From: an uncultured Planctomycetota bacterium
GTDB lineage: Bacteria; Planctomycetota; Planctomycetia; Pirellulales; Lacipirellulaceae
Length of the DNA: 64,000 nucleotides
Direction of reading: 5' to 3'
NCBI GenBank assembly: GCA_963719315.1
Contig: CAVRBU010000002.1
Location: 256,001 to 320,000 of the forward strand
Shown: positions 47,753 to 58,465 of the stretch, one piece after another
How positions within the stretch are numbered: position 1 is the stretch's first letter
Layout: every line of letters begins with the position of its first letter
Notes under the pieces: model-generated
What the model saw: only the letters and a program-made list of their open reading frames with translations
Database searches by the model: none
What the model was told of the DNA's origin: nothing
Made by a program: the position numbers and the translations under genes

Positions 47753-48819
47753 CTATTTCCGTCCCCTTCTCAGCAACAGTATTAGCATGCCGGCTAAGGT
47801 CAAGATAATACTGGCGGGCTCGGGAATGCTTGCCACGCGGAACCCAAAGTAGTTATCCTCGCCGGTTGTACCGCCGTCCTTACGGTAGAGCGAGCGCAGG
47901 CCCTCAAAGGAGAGGTTCCACGACCCGCCGCGAACGCCGCGCGATGTACTAGTCACGGCCGTTTCATTCCACTCCCAAACATTGCCTCCTTGGTCGAATG
48001 TGCCGTAGTAGCTCGGTGACCACGTGTAGGCGCCTACGTCGGTCAAGTAATTCTGGCTGCGGCTATAGCTTTCCGAGCCTGTTACCGCGTAACCGTCGGC
48101 ATATCCATTATTTGCATTGACTGTGCCATCACTCTGAAGGAAGTTTCCGACCCGTGTGTTGTCGGGCGTTTCGCCGGGCGGTTGGTCGGACCAAGGCACA
48201 CTGTTGGTTTTCATGGGAAACAACCAATAACCGTCTGTGTCTCCCCCTTTGGCGGCCGGCTGGTAATAGGCTGCCTTGTACCATTCGTTTTCTGTGGGGA
48301 TGAACCACCTGGCACCGGCGTTGCGTGAAACCGCCATTAAGGCGGAGGGGAGGATTGCACCGTTGAGCGTATATGCGCCATCTTCGGTGGTGTCGGCGTT
48401 CTGTGGTCCCGAGGGCTGGCCGTTATTGAGCCAGTTGGCGAACCGCGTCACATCGCCCCAGCTAACATAGGTGATCGGGTGATCGGCCGAGCCAATCACG
48501 CTATAGCTGTAGCTGCCCGACGAGCCGCTGGCGCGATGCCGGCTATGTTCAGGTCGGTCTCCATCCTTGTGTTGTATAGCAAATACGTGTCGGTGGCCGC
48601 GACCGCGTTGAGAAACGCCGTGTACTGCCCAACAGTCACTTCGGTGGTGCCGATGTTGTAGGCGTAGCTGACGCCGCCATAAAGATTTTGGGCTGCTACC
48701 GGATCGTTGGGGTTCCCCACGTCGCCGACCGGGACCGTGGAAATCGAGATCGCCAGAACAGCGGAGACGTTAAACGCAACAGCCAAAGAAAAAAACGAAC
48801 GGACGATGCAGCGCTTCAT
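47753..48819 (-). CDS. FGE/SUMF1-domain PEP-CTERM protein (frameshift at about 48531)
   Basis: Signal peptide, VGDVGN..D, EVT..QY..FLN, PTENEWYKAAYY, DQGGNVWEW, RGGSW, GFRVA, IPEP. Confidence 0.88.
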
Positions 48820-48995
48820 AAGCGTCTCACTGCACGATCAGGGCGAATCGAGGGGGGCCGCAGGTTTGATGAGTATACCCAGACAACGGGAAGAACACAA
48901 GGATTTTTGAGGACGAGCATGGAAATACTCGGCTGGCAATCTCAAAAAGCGGCAAGTGAATCACGCGGTATGAATCAGATAAACGTCGCTCAAGA

Positions 48996-49017
48996 TTTCT
49001 CGATATCAATCTGGTAA
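48996..49017 (-). repeat. Partial copy C of the 16S 3' trailer
   Basis: 22-nt exact match to 53493-53514 (TTTCTCGATATCAATCTGGTAA on +). Confidence 0.85.
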
Positions 49018-49662
49018 AGCGGCTCGGTTGGCCGGGGCTGAGGACGGCCTGGCTCGCCAGTCGCCGTTTTAGCCGAGAAATTACGGTCTGTGTGGAGGGT
49101 GGTAGAATACGAGTCGGGCCGCGTCTCTACTTTTGCCTCACTCTTTGAACAGCCGCTGTCTAGCGATGTCATCCGTTCCTCCTATCTCCTCCGACGCAGA
49201 TTACGCCTGGGAAGTCGCCACGCTCTTTCCCGAGCAAGGCGAGTGGTCGGAAGAGGAATATCTCGAGCTAACGGACCATTCGAATCGGCGCGTTGAGTTC
49301 ACCGATGGCCGATTGGAGTTCTCCGCGATGCCAACTGAAATCCACGAAGCATTGCTTCAGTTTTTGTTTTTTGCGTTGCATCGATTCGTGGACGATAAGA
49401 AACTTGGCAAGGTCTATTGGAATGGAATACGCATGCGAGGTCGCCCGCGAAAGATTCGCCTGCCCGACGTTGGAGATCGGCATTGAAATGGGACCCACCT
49501 GGGCGTTGAATCTGGGCCCACCTGGTTAGTTGGGGAGCGGCCCGCGAGACCCTTCGAAGGTCTCGCGCGGCCGCCTCCGTTAGTTCACTTAATGGGTTAG
49601 AGTAAACTCTCCATTTTGTTGTGCGCGATTTGCGAACGTTTTGCCGACGGGTCGCCCGAAAG

Positions 49663-50433
49663 CTACTTGCCCTTGGTGGTTCGCTTTTGTTTCATCGACT
49701 CCCGGAAGCGGTAGCTTTCACCGTTCATCTCAAAGATTTCGCAGTGGTGCGTCAGCCGGTCCAAGAGAGCAGCTGTCATCCGTTCTCCCTGAAACACCTG
49801 CTGCCATTCGCTGAACGGCAAGTTGCTGGTGATCAACAGGCTGGATCGCTCGTAGCGATCGGCGAATACCTGGAACAGCAGTTCCGCTCCGCTGCGATTG
49901 AACGAGAGATAACCGAGCTCGTCGCAGACAAGCAGATCGAGCTTGTCGAGCTGCTTCAACAATCGCTCGAGCTGGTACTGCTTCTGCGTCTCTTCCAAGC
50001 GATTGACCAGTGTGGCAGCGGTAAAGAAGCGGACTCGCTTGCCCAGTCGGCAGGCGGCCAGGCCCAAGGCGATGGCCAGATGCGTTTTTCCAGTTCCCGA
50101 ACTACCCAACAGGCAGCAGTTCTGACGCTGATCAATCCAGCCGCAGCGGGCCAGTTCCAGGATCTTGGGCTTCGAGAGGCCGGGCGCCGCGCTAAAGTCG
50201 AATGCATCGAGGTCCTTCTGCACCGGGAAGCCAGCCTGTTTAATGTGCGCCTGCAGAGCATTGGCACTGCGTGTGGCTAACTCCAACTCCGTCAGGCGCA
50301 ACAGATAGTCGAGGTAGTCCTGGTTGCTGTTGGTCGCTTCCCCGGCGAGCTTGCCATACTCGGCCAGCATCGTCGGCAGGCGTAGCGCCTTGAGGTTCGA
50401 ACGCAGTAACAGGGGCGTTTCTTTCTGGGCCAT
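49663..50433 (-). CDS. istB: IS21 helper AAA+ ATPase
   Basis: GSSGTGKTHLA, DLLVCDELGY, ITSNLPFSEW, ALLDRLTHH, GESYR. Confidence 0.95.
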   Translation of the reverse strand: MAQKETPLLLRSNLKALRLPTMLAEYGKLAGEATNSNQDYLDYLLRLTELELATRSANALQAHIKQAGFPVQKDLDAFDFSAAPGLSKPKILELARCGWIDQRQNCCLLGSSGTGKTHLAIALGLAACRLGKRVRFFTAATLVNRLEETQKQYQLERLLKQLDKLDLLVCDELGYLSFNRSGAELLFQVFADRYERSSLLITSNLPFSEWQQVFQGERMTAALLDRLTHHCEIFEMNGESYRFRESMKQKRTTKGK

Positions 50434-51944
50434 GATCTTCTCCTCCGTGAGAGAGTAACGAGTCAAAGCGGCGCAAGTCCGGCAGCGGGACTTGCACCGC
50501 AGGAATCGATCGCAGCTGCCCGATTAGGTTCGCTTCGCCGCGGGTGGAGCGCAGCGCCAGTCGCTCGCAGAGCCCAGCAATCCGCTCGGCCGTGACGACG
50601 CCGTCGCCGCGGCAGGCCTGGATGGCCTGCTCAACCCGAGTCAGCGGGTGCTCTGCCAACAGCTGCAGCACGCGGATGAATTGCCGAGCGCCCGGCAACG
50701 ATCCGTGGCGTGTTTCAAAATGTTCGCGCAACTGGGTAAACGCCGCCGGCAGACGCCAATTGCGGTAGACGTCAGTGTGATCCAAATAGGCTGGCTTCAC
50801 TCCCAGAGTGGACAGGTAGTGCAGCGGATCGAGCACTTGCTCGCCCTGTCCGTAGGAGCGCTCGTGCCGGGCAATCCGCTGGCCGTCGCGGATGACTTCG
50901 ATGCGATCGATAGTGGCTTTTACCGTGACCGTGGCGAACGCATGCCGCCGCGGCACGCTGTAGCGATTCTTCTCCCAGGCGACCGTCTGGTACTTGTCGA
51001 CTTGACGGACCTCGCTCACGGCGGCTTCAAACGGGCGCTCGGGCAGCGGCAAGGCGCGAATCTGCTCTGTCGCGAAGCGCGCCGATCGTTTCGCTGTGGC
51101 CCGCAATCGTCCGCCGAGCATCCCGCTCGCAGCATTGAAGCAGGTAGGCATTTAGCTCTGTCAGATCCTTCACTTGAGGGACCGGCGTCGCCCACTGGCG
51201 CTCCAACAGCTTCACCCGGTTCTCGACGTGCGGCTTTTCGTTACCGCGAGCCGGCAGGCAGAACAACGGCTCGAAGTTGTAGTGACTGGCCAGCGCCTGC
51301 CAGCGCTGGTTCAACTCCCGTTGGCGGCCACGCAGAATCGTGGTCGCAACGGTTCTTGGATTATCCCACCACAGTTCTTTGGGCACGCAACGAAAAAACG
51401 CAAACGCCGCCACCGTGCCATGCAGGATCGCCTCGGTCTTTTCGCTCGGCAGCGCAATCATAAAGGTGGCGTTCGAGTAGGCCCACGTCACCAGCAGGAT
51501 CGGAACCTGGCGCCTGCCTTCCGGGAAGTCGACCCAGATCTGACCGAAGTCGCTCTCGGCCCGTTGGCCTGGCTCGTACGACAAAGGGAGAAACGTTTCG
51601 CGCTGCCGCCCCCGCGTCGCGGCCACGTACCTTCGCACCTGGTCGTAGCTGCCGACGTACTGCTCTTCGTCCCGCAGCCGCCGAAAGAGTTGCGCTCCTG
51701 TGTGACGTTGCTTGCGAGGCGCCTGCTCATCTTCGACGAGAATCGCGCCGATCCATTGCTGGTGCACATCGGTCAGCACCCGCCGCGGTCGCGGTAGCGA
51801 CAGCGTGTAAGGCCGCGGCTCTGCCTGCGCCAGTGCCTCGCGGATCTTTCGTCGCGAATGCCCAAACGTCCGGGCGATCTCCCGAATGCTCATGCCATCG
51901 CGATGAGCACGACGTATCCTGCCGTAATCCTCCACCTTCAGCAT
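50240..51944 (-). CDS. istA: IS21 DDE transposase (frameshift at about 51079)
   Basis: HTH SIREIAR, PRKQRHT, DFG, WDN, FC.PARGNEK..VE, NRYSVP, HYL..L..KP. Confidence 0.92.
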
Positions 51945-52410
51945 CCTTGACTCCGCTTCGCTGAATTCCCCAGTTTAAAAACCGGGAATCCAGCTTACGA
52001 AGTCCGCTGCGGTGGGTCCCTTTTCAATGCCGATTCCGCACCCCAGGTGGGTCCCGTTTCAATGCCGATCTCCACGACGTTTTATTCCTTCACAAGGACC
52101 ATTATGCCGTTCGCCACAATCGAGTATGGGACGGAGCCGACCTGGTGATGGAAGTCGTTAGTGACGACCCTAAGGATCGACAGCACGATTATGAGCAGAA
52201 GCTGCTGGACTACGCGGAGGCGAAAGTTGCGGAGTACTGGATCGTCGATTTCGAACGGCAGGTTGTCATCGTTCATCGCCTCGATGGCGAGCGATATGCC
52301 GTACATGGCGAGTTTACCCGCGGGGGGCACGCAATCTCGGTTTTGCTGCCAGACTTTGCTATTGATGTCGCATCGTTGTTTGCCGTGACCGACGAAATCC
52401 CAGACTGAGC

Positions 52411-52482
52411 GGCGCAATAAGAAACCCGGCGGTGAGGAGGCTAGCCCTCACGCCGGGTTACTCGATATCTATCTGGCAAGCT
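52411..52482 (-). repeat. Copy B of the 16S 3' trailer plus terminator
   Basis: 68/72 identical to 53446-53517. Confidence 0.92.
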
Positions 52483-52535
52483 CGCGGAGAGAGTCCGAAG
52501 CGGATGGCGGCCCGGCTGGGGGGCTGGCTTCCGCT

Positions 52536-52796
52536 TCATTCACCAAATAGCCGGGACGGTTGCAGCGTTGCTGTATGCAGAGCCACCGGATGGATCGAGG
52601 CGTCGCCACGGTAGACCGACTCTTCTTGGTACTTGCGGCCGCTCGGCTTTCGATAAACCTCGACTTGTTCATCGATGAGATTCACGATCCAGTAGTCCGC
52701 GATACCGGCAAGTGCATAGACTGGCAACTTCACTTCGCGATCGCTTCGACGCTCTCTGACGGTGCCCGCGCAATGTTCGCAACTGAAATCGTACAT
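52536..52796 (-). pseudogene. Chimeric remnant: YgiT-type zinc-finger N-terminus fused to a Uma2 C-terminus
   Basis: MYDFSCEHCAGTVRERR followed by DREVKLPVYALAGIADYWIVNLIDEQ, which parallels the C-terminus of the adjacent Uma2. Confidence 0.65.
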
Positions 52797-52817
52797 GGCG
52801 TATTAAGCTGCGGCTGC

Positions 52818-53375
52818 TTAGTCGAACAGTTGGGAGGGTTGAATTGTCGCGCCAGAATGTGCGAGCGGGCTGATCCTCGCATCGCCGCTGTAGACGGCCT
52901 TATCCTGGTAATCTCGACCAACTGGATTGTGGTACACTTCGATTTGTTCATCGATGAGATTCACGATCCAGTAATCGGAAATTCCAGCCTCGGCGTAAAC
53001 TGCAACTTTATACCCCCGGTCGTCGTCCAGCGAGCTATCTGCCACTTCGATCAATAGCCGAGTCTCACCCGGTTCGGGATTTCGGCTCGAAAAGTCCTTT
53101 TGGTCAACCCACACAATATCCGGTTCTGGTTCGCTTTCGTTATGCGGAAGTCGGATCGGGCTCTGAACGCGAACTCGGATACGCTGATTTACTAAGGCGG
53201 CATGACTCCATTCAGTCAACCGATTGACCATTTCGGAATGTCGCGTTCCGATGGGGGTCATCTCGACGATTTCTCCACGGATGAGTTCAATGCGTTTTCG
53301 AAAAGGACCTGAGAAGGCCCCGACTTCGACCATGTGCTCGTATTCGGCGAGCGAGAAATGGGCAACAGTGCTCAT
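52818..53375 (-). CDS. Uma2-family endonuclease (intact)
   Basis: RIELIRGEIVEM.P....H, SEPEPD, LLIEVADSSL..DR..K..VYAEAGI.DYWIVNL. Confidence 0.93.
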   Translation of the reverse strand: MSTVAHFSLAEYEHMVEVGAFSGPFRKRIELIRGEIVEMTPIGTRHSEMVNRLTEWSHAALVNQRIRVRVQSPIRLPHNESEPEPDIVWVDQKDFSSRNPEPGETRLLIEVADSSLDDDRGYKVAVYAEAGISDYWIVNLIDEQIEVYHNPVGRDYQDKAVYSGDARISPLAHSGATIQPSQLFD

Positions 53376-53450
53376 GGTATCCGACCCTCTGTTTGGGGCA
53401 AAGCAGCAGCGTATTTGCTCGACACATAAATTGTAACATCGGGGAGGCGC

Positions 53451-53495
53451 AATAAAAAACCCGGCGGTGAGGAGGCTAGCCCTCACGCCGGGTTT
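53451..53495 (-). terminator. Intrinsic terminator of the 16S transcript
   Basis: Minus strand AAACCCGGCGTGAGG...CCTCACCGCCGGG followed by TTTTTTATT. Confidence 0.85.
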
Positions 53496-53656
53496 CTCGA
53501 TATCAATCTGGTAAGCTAAAGCCGAACTCGCGTTCGGCGATCCAACATCTGTCGGTTCAAGACTCCCCACATAGCTGCTGTGCCGGCGATCTGTAAGATC
53601 GCGGCTATTGCGGCATATCTCCGAAGAGACGAGCAACAATGAGCAGCTAAGGAATA

Positions 53657-55243
<1,587 letters not shown>

Positions 55244-55464
55244 GGTATATACATTAACCCATGAACTGAACTCCCAACATCGCCTTGCGGCAATGCACGT
55301 GAGTCAACTCGCAGGTAAACGAGCCATTTGAATAAAGCTTGAATAGCTACTTCAAATTCCAAGAGGGGCGCCATCAGCGGCCGACCAACCGAAGTTGACC
55401 GTCGTTCACGGACGCTCCTCAGCCAGACTAGTACAGTCTTGGCCGACAAAAAAATTGGAGGTCA

Positions 55465-55486
55465 CTTACCAAATTGTCAAAGAGCA
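55465..55486 (-). promoter_or_regulatory. rRNA boxA antiterminator and 5' arm of the 16S processing stem
   Basis: TGCTCTTTGACAATTTGGTAAG; CAAUUUGGUAAG can pair with trailer CUUACCAGAUUG (53504-53515). Confidence 0.8.
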
Positions 55487-55595
55487 AGCTAGCTATTCTA
55501 GGCCTATCCCAATGTTGGACAAGGCCCAGAACAAAAAATCCCACCCGGGAAGCACCCGTAAACTCGGGTCCGCTTCCCGACTGAGACCAGGACCA

Positions 55596-55623
55596 ATTTT
55601 ACGCATCTGAGGCCCACTGTCAA
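55596..55623 (-). promoter_or_regulatory. Sigma70 rRNA promoter
   Basis: TTGACA-16 nt-TAAAAT upstream of boxA. Confidence 0.85.
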
Positions 55624-55717
55624 CTGCCTCTGCGAACTAAATCCGGAGAGATTTCCATCCGCGAAGGCCATCCTAAATCGCGCTATCGAACCAGCTTAAC
55701 AATGGCGTGCCAGTCGG

Positions 55718-56449
55718 CTATGGCCAGTTGTATCGAAAGATGCACCACACGGCCCAAACGCCGTCTTTCCAGCCGATTTTCTTCCCATCCCGGTTCGAGC
55801 GGCGACGATAGGTAATGCCCACTTCTTGAATCCGCAGTGGCCGCCCATTGAGACGAAACCGTGCAATTTTTGCGGTGACCTCCGGTTCGAAGCCGAATCG
55901 GTTTTCTTGTAGCGGAATGTTCTGAATGACTTCCCGGCGAAAAACCTTGTAGCATGTCTCCATATCGGTCACGTTCAAGTTCGTGCATAGATTCGACAAC
56001 GAAGTGAGAAATCGATTTCCGAGCGCGTGCCAGGATTTCGGCTCGGGCGGTGATTCGGTGTTGCTAAATCGCGACCCAAAAACGATATCGGCCTGGTCTT
56101 CCAACAGCGGTTGAAGGAGCTTTGGGAACTCGCCAGGATCATATTCGAGGTCGGCGTCTTGAACGACGACGAAGCGACCCGTGGCCGCTGCGAAACCGGT
56201 TCGCACAGCGGCCCCTTTGCCCCGATTGCAATCGTGATAAAAGACGCGTAGCCGGTGATCCTCTTCGGCAAGCTGCCTGAGCCGGTCGCGCGTTCCATCG
56301 GTCGAGCAGTCGTCGACGGCGATGATTTCCGTGTCGATGTCAACGTCTCGGACTGCCGCTATGACGCGGTCAATCGTTCGGCACTCGTTAAACACTGGGA
56401 TCACGACCGAGAGGAGCGGCTCCGCTTTCGGCCCGGTGGGTAGTGCCAT
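55718..56449 (-). CDS. Glycosyltransferase family 2 (DPM synthase-like)
   Basis: SVVIPVFNE, VDDCSTDGT, NRGKGAA, QDADLEYDP, DMETCYK, KKIGWKDG. Confidence 0.93.
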   Translation of the reverse strand: MALPTGPKAEPLLSVVIPVFNECRTIDRVIAAVRDVDIDTEIIAVDDCSTDGTRDRLRQLAEEDHRLRVFYHDCNRGKGAAVRTGFAAATGRFVVVQDADLEYDPGEFPKLLQPLLEDQADIVFGSRFSNTESPPEPKSWHALGNRFLTSLSNLCTNLNVTDMETCYKVFRREVIQNIPLQENRFGFEPEVTAKIARFRLNGRPLRIQEVGITYRRRSNRDGKKIGWKDGVWAVWCIFRYNWP

Positions 56450-56850
56450 AATTTCAGTTTAACATGCAATCTGGACTCAATCTGGGAGGTCGAGCGCCCA
56501 GGTCTTACTGCCGCCTGAATAGCCGAGATGGCTAGCATCCTGCGGTCTGCGGAATCCGCCCAAAGTTGAGAAACAGCCGTTATTGTGTGGAATTCCGGGC
56601 TGGACCGCGTTGTCGCGGGGACTGTGGCACAATCCAAAATCTCCCGTTTGTCGTCACGAATAGGCCCCTGACCATAGTAAAGCAAGCCCACTCAAGAATC
56701 TTGGCAAAAAATGATTGTAATTTCTGACTTAGCGCGTTATCTTCTCAGGCTCTCGGCGGGAAGGATCGCGGCTGGGTGTGCTCGTACGCCGAGTCGCTGA
56801 GGTTGTTGGGGTTCGAGTATCACCATTCTAAATGTTGCGGAGGATGTCTA

Positions 56851-57717
56851 ATGAAAGGTACGTCGTGCTTGCCAAGAGCAAGAGTGTGGGCCGTTGTCTT
56901 GGCGTCCTGGGCCTCTTGCGGACAGTTTGTCTATGTCGCCTACGCGGGGGCGATAAACGAATCGATCGATGTAAGTAAGCTCGGTGTTCAATCCAATTTC
57001 GCATGCGGCGGCCAATTCGCATGCGGGGCGGTCTCCACAATCAACTCTTTCATCTACCTGGAGAAACAGTTCCCCGCAATCTACGACAACAAGTTGACGC
57101 CAAATTATGACGCTACTACCAACACCGATATGATGGATGCAAACAAATTCGGTTTCACCGGTTGGCAAGTCGGTACGAATCCGATGCGGCAGGGTTATTA
57201 TGCCCGCCCGGGCGGCGCCGAATCTGATTTCTTGCAAACCAAAAAAGACTGGATTAACGATTACGCGCCCGGCACGACCGTATTCGATTCCTGGTGGGTT
57301 GGCTCACCGGACCACAACCGGAAACCGACCATCGCCGACCTTGCGGGCGAAATTCACGACAAGGAAGACGTGGAATTCTTCGTGCAAGGCGACAATTTTT
57401 TCCACGTTCTTCAGCTTTCGGGAGTCATGTGCGATGCTCAAATGAATTGCAGCATCAAGTATCAAGACCCTAATGATCCTGCCCAGGCCAATCCAAACCA
57501 GAAGATGGCCAAGATCTATATGGCTCAAATCACGGACATGAACGGCATGCTGACTTTTACCGGGGTACCCGGTTCGGGCTACGCCGGAATGGTGACGATC
57601 ACGGCTGCGTTCGCCGAATCGCCTGACCCTCGGTTGATTCCGGAACCCGACGCATTCGTACTGATGCTCTCTGGAGCATTCGGGCTGTTTTTCAGCCGCC
57701 GGCGGCCGGTGCGATAG
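56851..57717 (+). CDS. PEP-CTERM protein, possible papain/C39-like peptidase fold
   Basis: Signal peptide; Q...CGAVS..NS, HVL and YQDP motifs; IPEP-TM-RRR tail. Confidence 0.75.
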   Translation: MKGTSCLPRARVWAVVLASWASCGQFVYVAYAGAINESIDVSKLGVQSNFACGGQFACGAVSTINSFIYLEKQFPAIYDNKLTPNYDATTNTDMMDANKFGFTGWQVGTNPMRQGYYARPGGAESDFLQTKKDWINDYAPGTTVFDSWWVGSPDHNRKPTIADLAGEIHDKEDVEFFVQGDNFFHVLQLSGVMCDAQMNCSIKYQDPNDPAQANPNQKMAKIYMAQITDMNGMLTFTGVPGSGYAGMVTITAAFAESPDPRLIPEPDAFVLMLSGAFGLFFSRRRPVR

Positions 57718-57753
57718 CCCAAAAAACCACGGTTCGCTAGATTAGCGACTACG

Positions 57754-57797
57754 ATGGCTCCTATCCGCATTGACCGCGGGTAAGAGCCGTTTTTTTT
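57754..57797 (+). terminator. Intrinsic terminator
   Basis: ATGGCTCCTATCCGC...GCGGGTAAGAGCCGT hairpin followed by a T-run. Confidence 0.6.
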
Positions 57798-57869
57798 GTA
57801 GATGACTATCGCGCAAGTCAAAGCTAATATGGGGATAAACTTGTCCTTGATACCGGGGGTAGCATCGCC

Positions 57870-58295
57870 ATGGCTTGTCGCGGCGTACGTGGGGCGACGA
57901 CCGTCCCACAGAATTCGCGGGACGAAATCCTCACCGCGACACGGCAGCTTATTGCGCTGATGGTCCGACGCAACGGGATTGACCCGCGCAACGTTGCTGG
58001 CGCAATTTTCACGACGACCCCGGACCTGGACGCGGAGTTTCCTGCCCTTGCCGCCCGGCAGCTTGGTTGGCTTGAGGTGCCGTTGTTGTGTGGTCACGAA
58101 ATGACGATTCCGGGCTCCCTCCCTCGCTGCATTCGAGTGCTCGTGCATTGGAATACCGATCTGCCGCAGGCCTCAATTCGGCACGTTTACGTCCGCGATG
58201 CGGTCAAGCTGCGGCCGGACCTATGTAAGTTGCCGCCGGTGAATTTGGAGGAGCTCGAAGCCTGGATCCGCGGGCAGATGGGCGAACAACCATAA
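57870..58295 (+). CDS. aroH: Chorismate mutase, AroH class
   Basis: [42 protein letters not shown]...A.KLRPD. Confidence 0.95.
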   Translation: MACRGVRGATTVPQNSRDEILTATRQLIALMVRRNGIDPRNVAGAIFTTTPDLDAEFPALAARQLGWLEVPLLCGHEMTIPGSLPRCIRVLVHWNTDLPQASIRHVYVRDAVKLRPDLCKLPPVNLEELEAWIRGQMGEQP

Positions 58296-58465
58296 GTTCC
58301 GCAGACCAAGCCGACGTGGTCAAAGCCGGCGGGTTGGGTATAGTTATTTACTGAAAAATCGTACGAAAGGGGAACCCGAATTCCCGTGTCGGGTTATGAT
58401 GATGTTGTCTCGCTCCCCGTGGGTCACAGCGCGACGAGCATTCGGTCTCATTTTCGGAACTCAAG

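Larger units (their letters stand above)
49471..52074 (-). mobile_element. IS21-family insertion sequence (2604 bp)
   Basis: TG...CA ends; 33-bp IRs TGGAGATCGGCATTGAAA(T/C)GGGACCCACCTGGG with subterminal repeats; 6-bp target duplication CGACGT (49465-49470, 52075-52080); istA+istB. Confidence 0.96.
49166..52408 (+). pseudogene. Uma2-family endonuclease interrupted by IS21
   Basis: 5' part ends RKIRLPDV. Removing 49471-52080 gives in-frame ...PDVLFLHKDH...ADLVMEVVS...D...K..DYAEAKV.EYWIVD. Confidence 0.9.

Noticed and set aside
48996..53517. CRISPR array or integron attC array
   Set aside because: Repeats are kilobases apart and are explained as rRNA trailer copies. There are no cas genes, no integrase and no RYYYAAC/GTTRRRY boxes.
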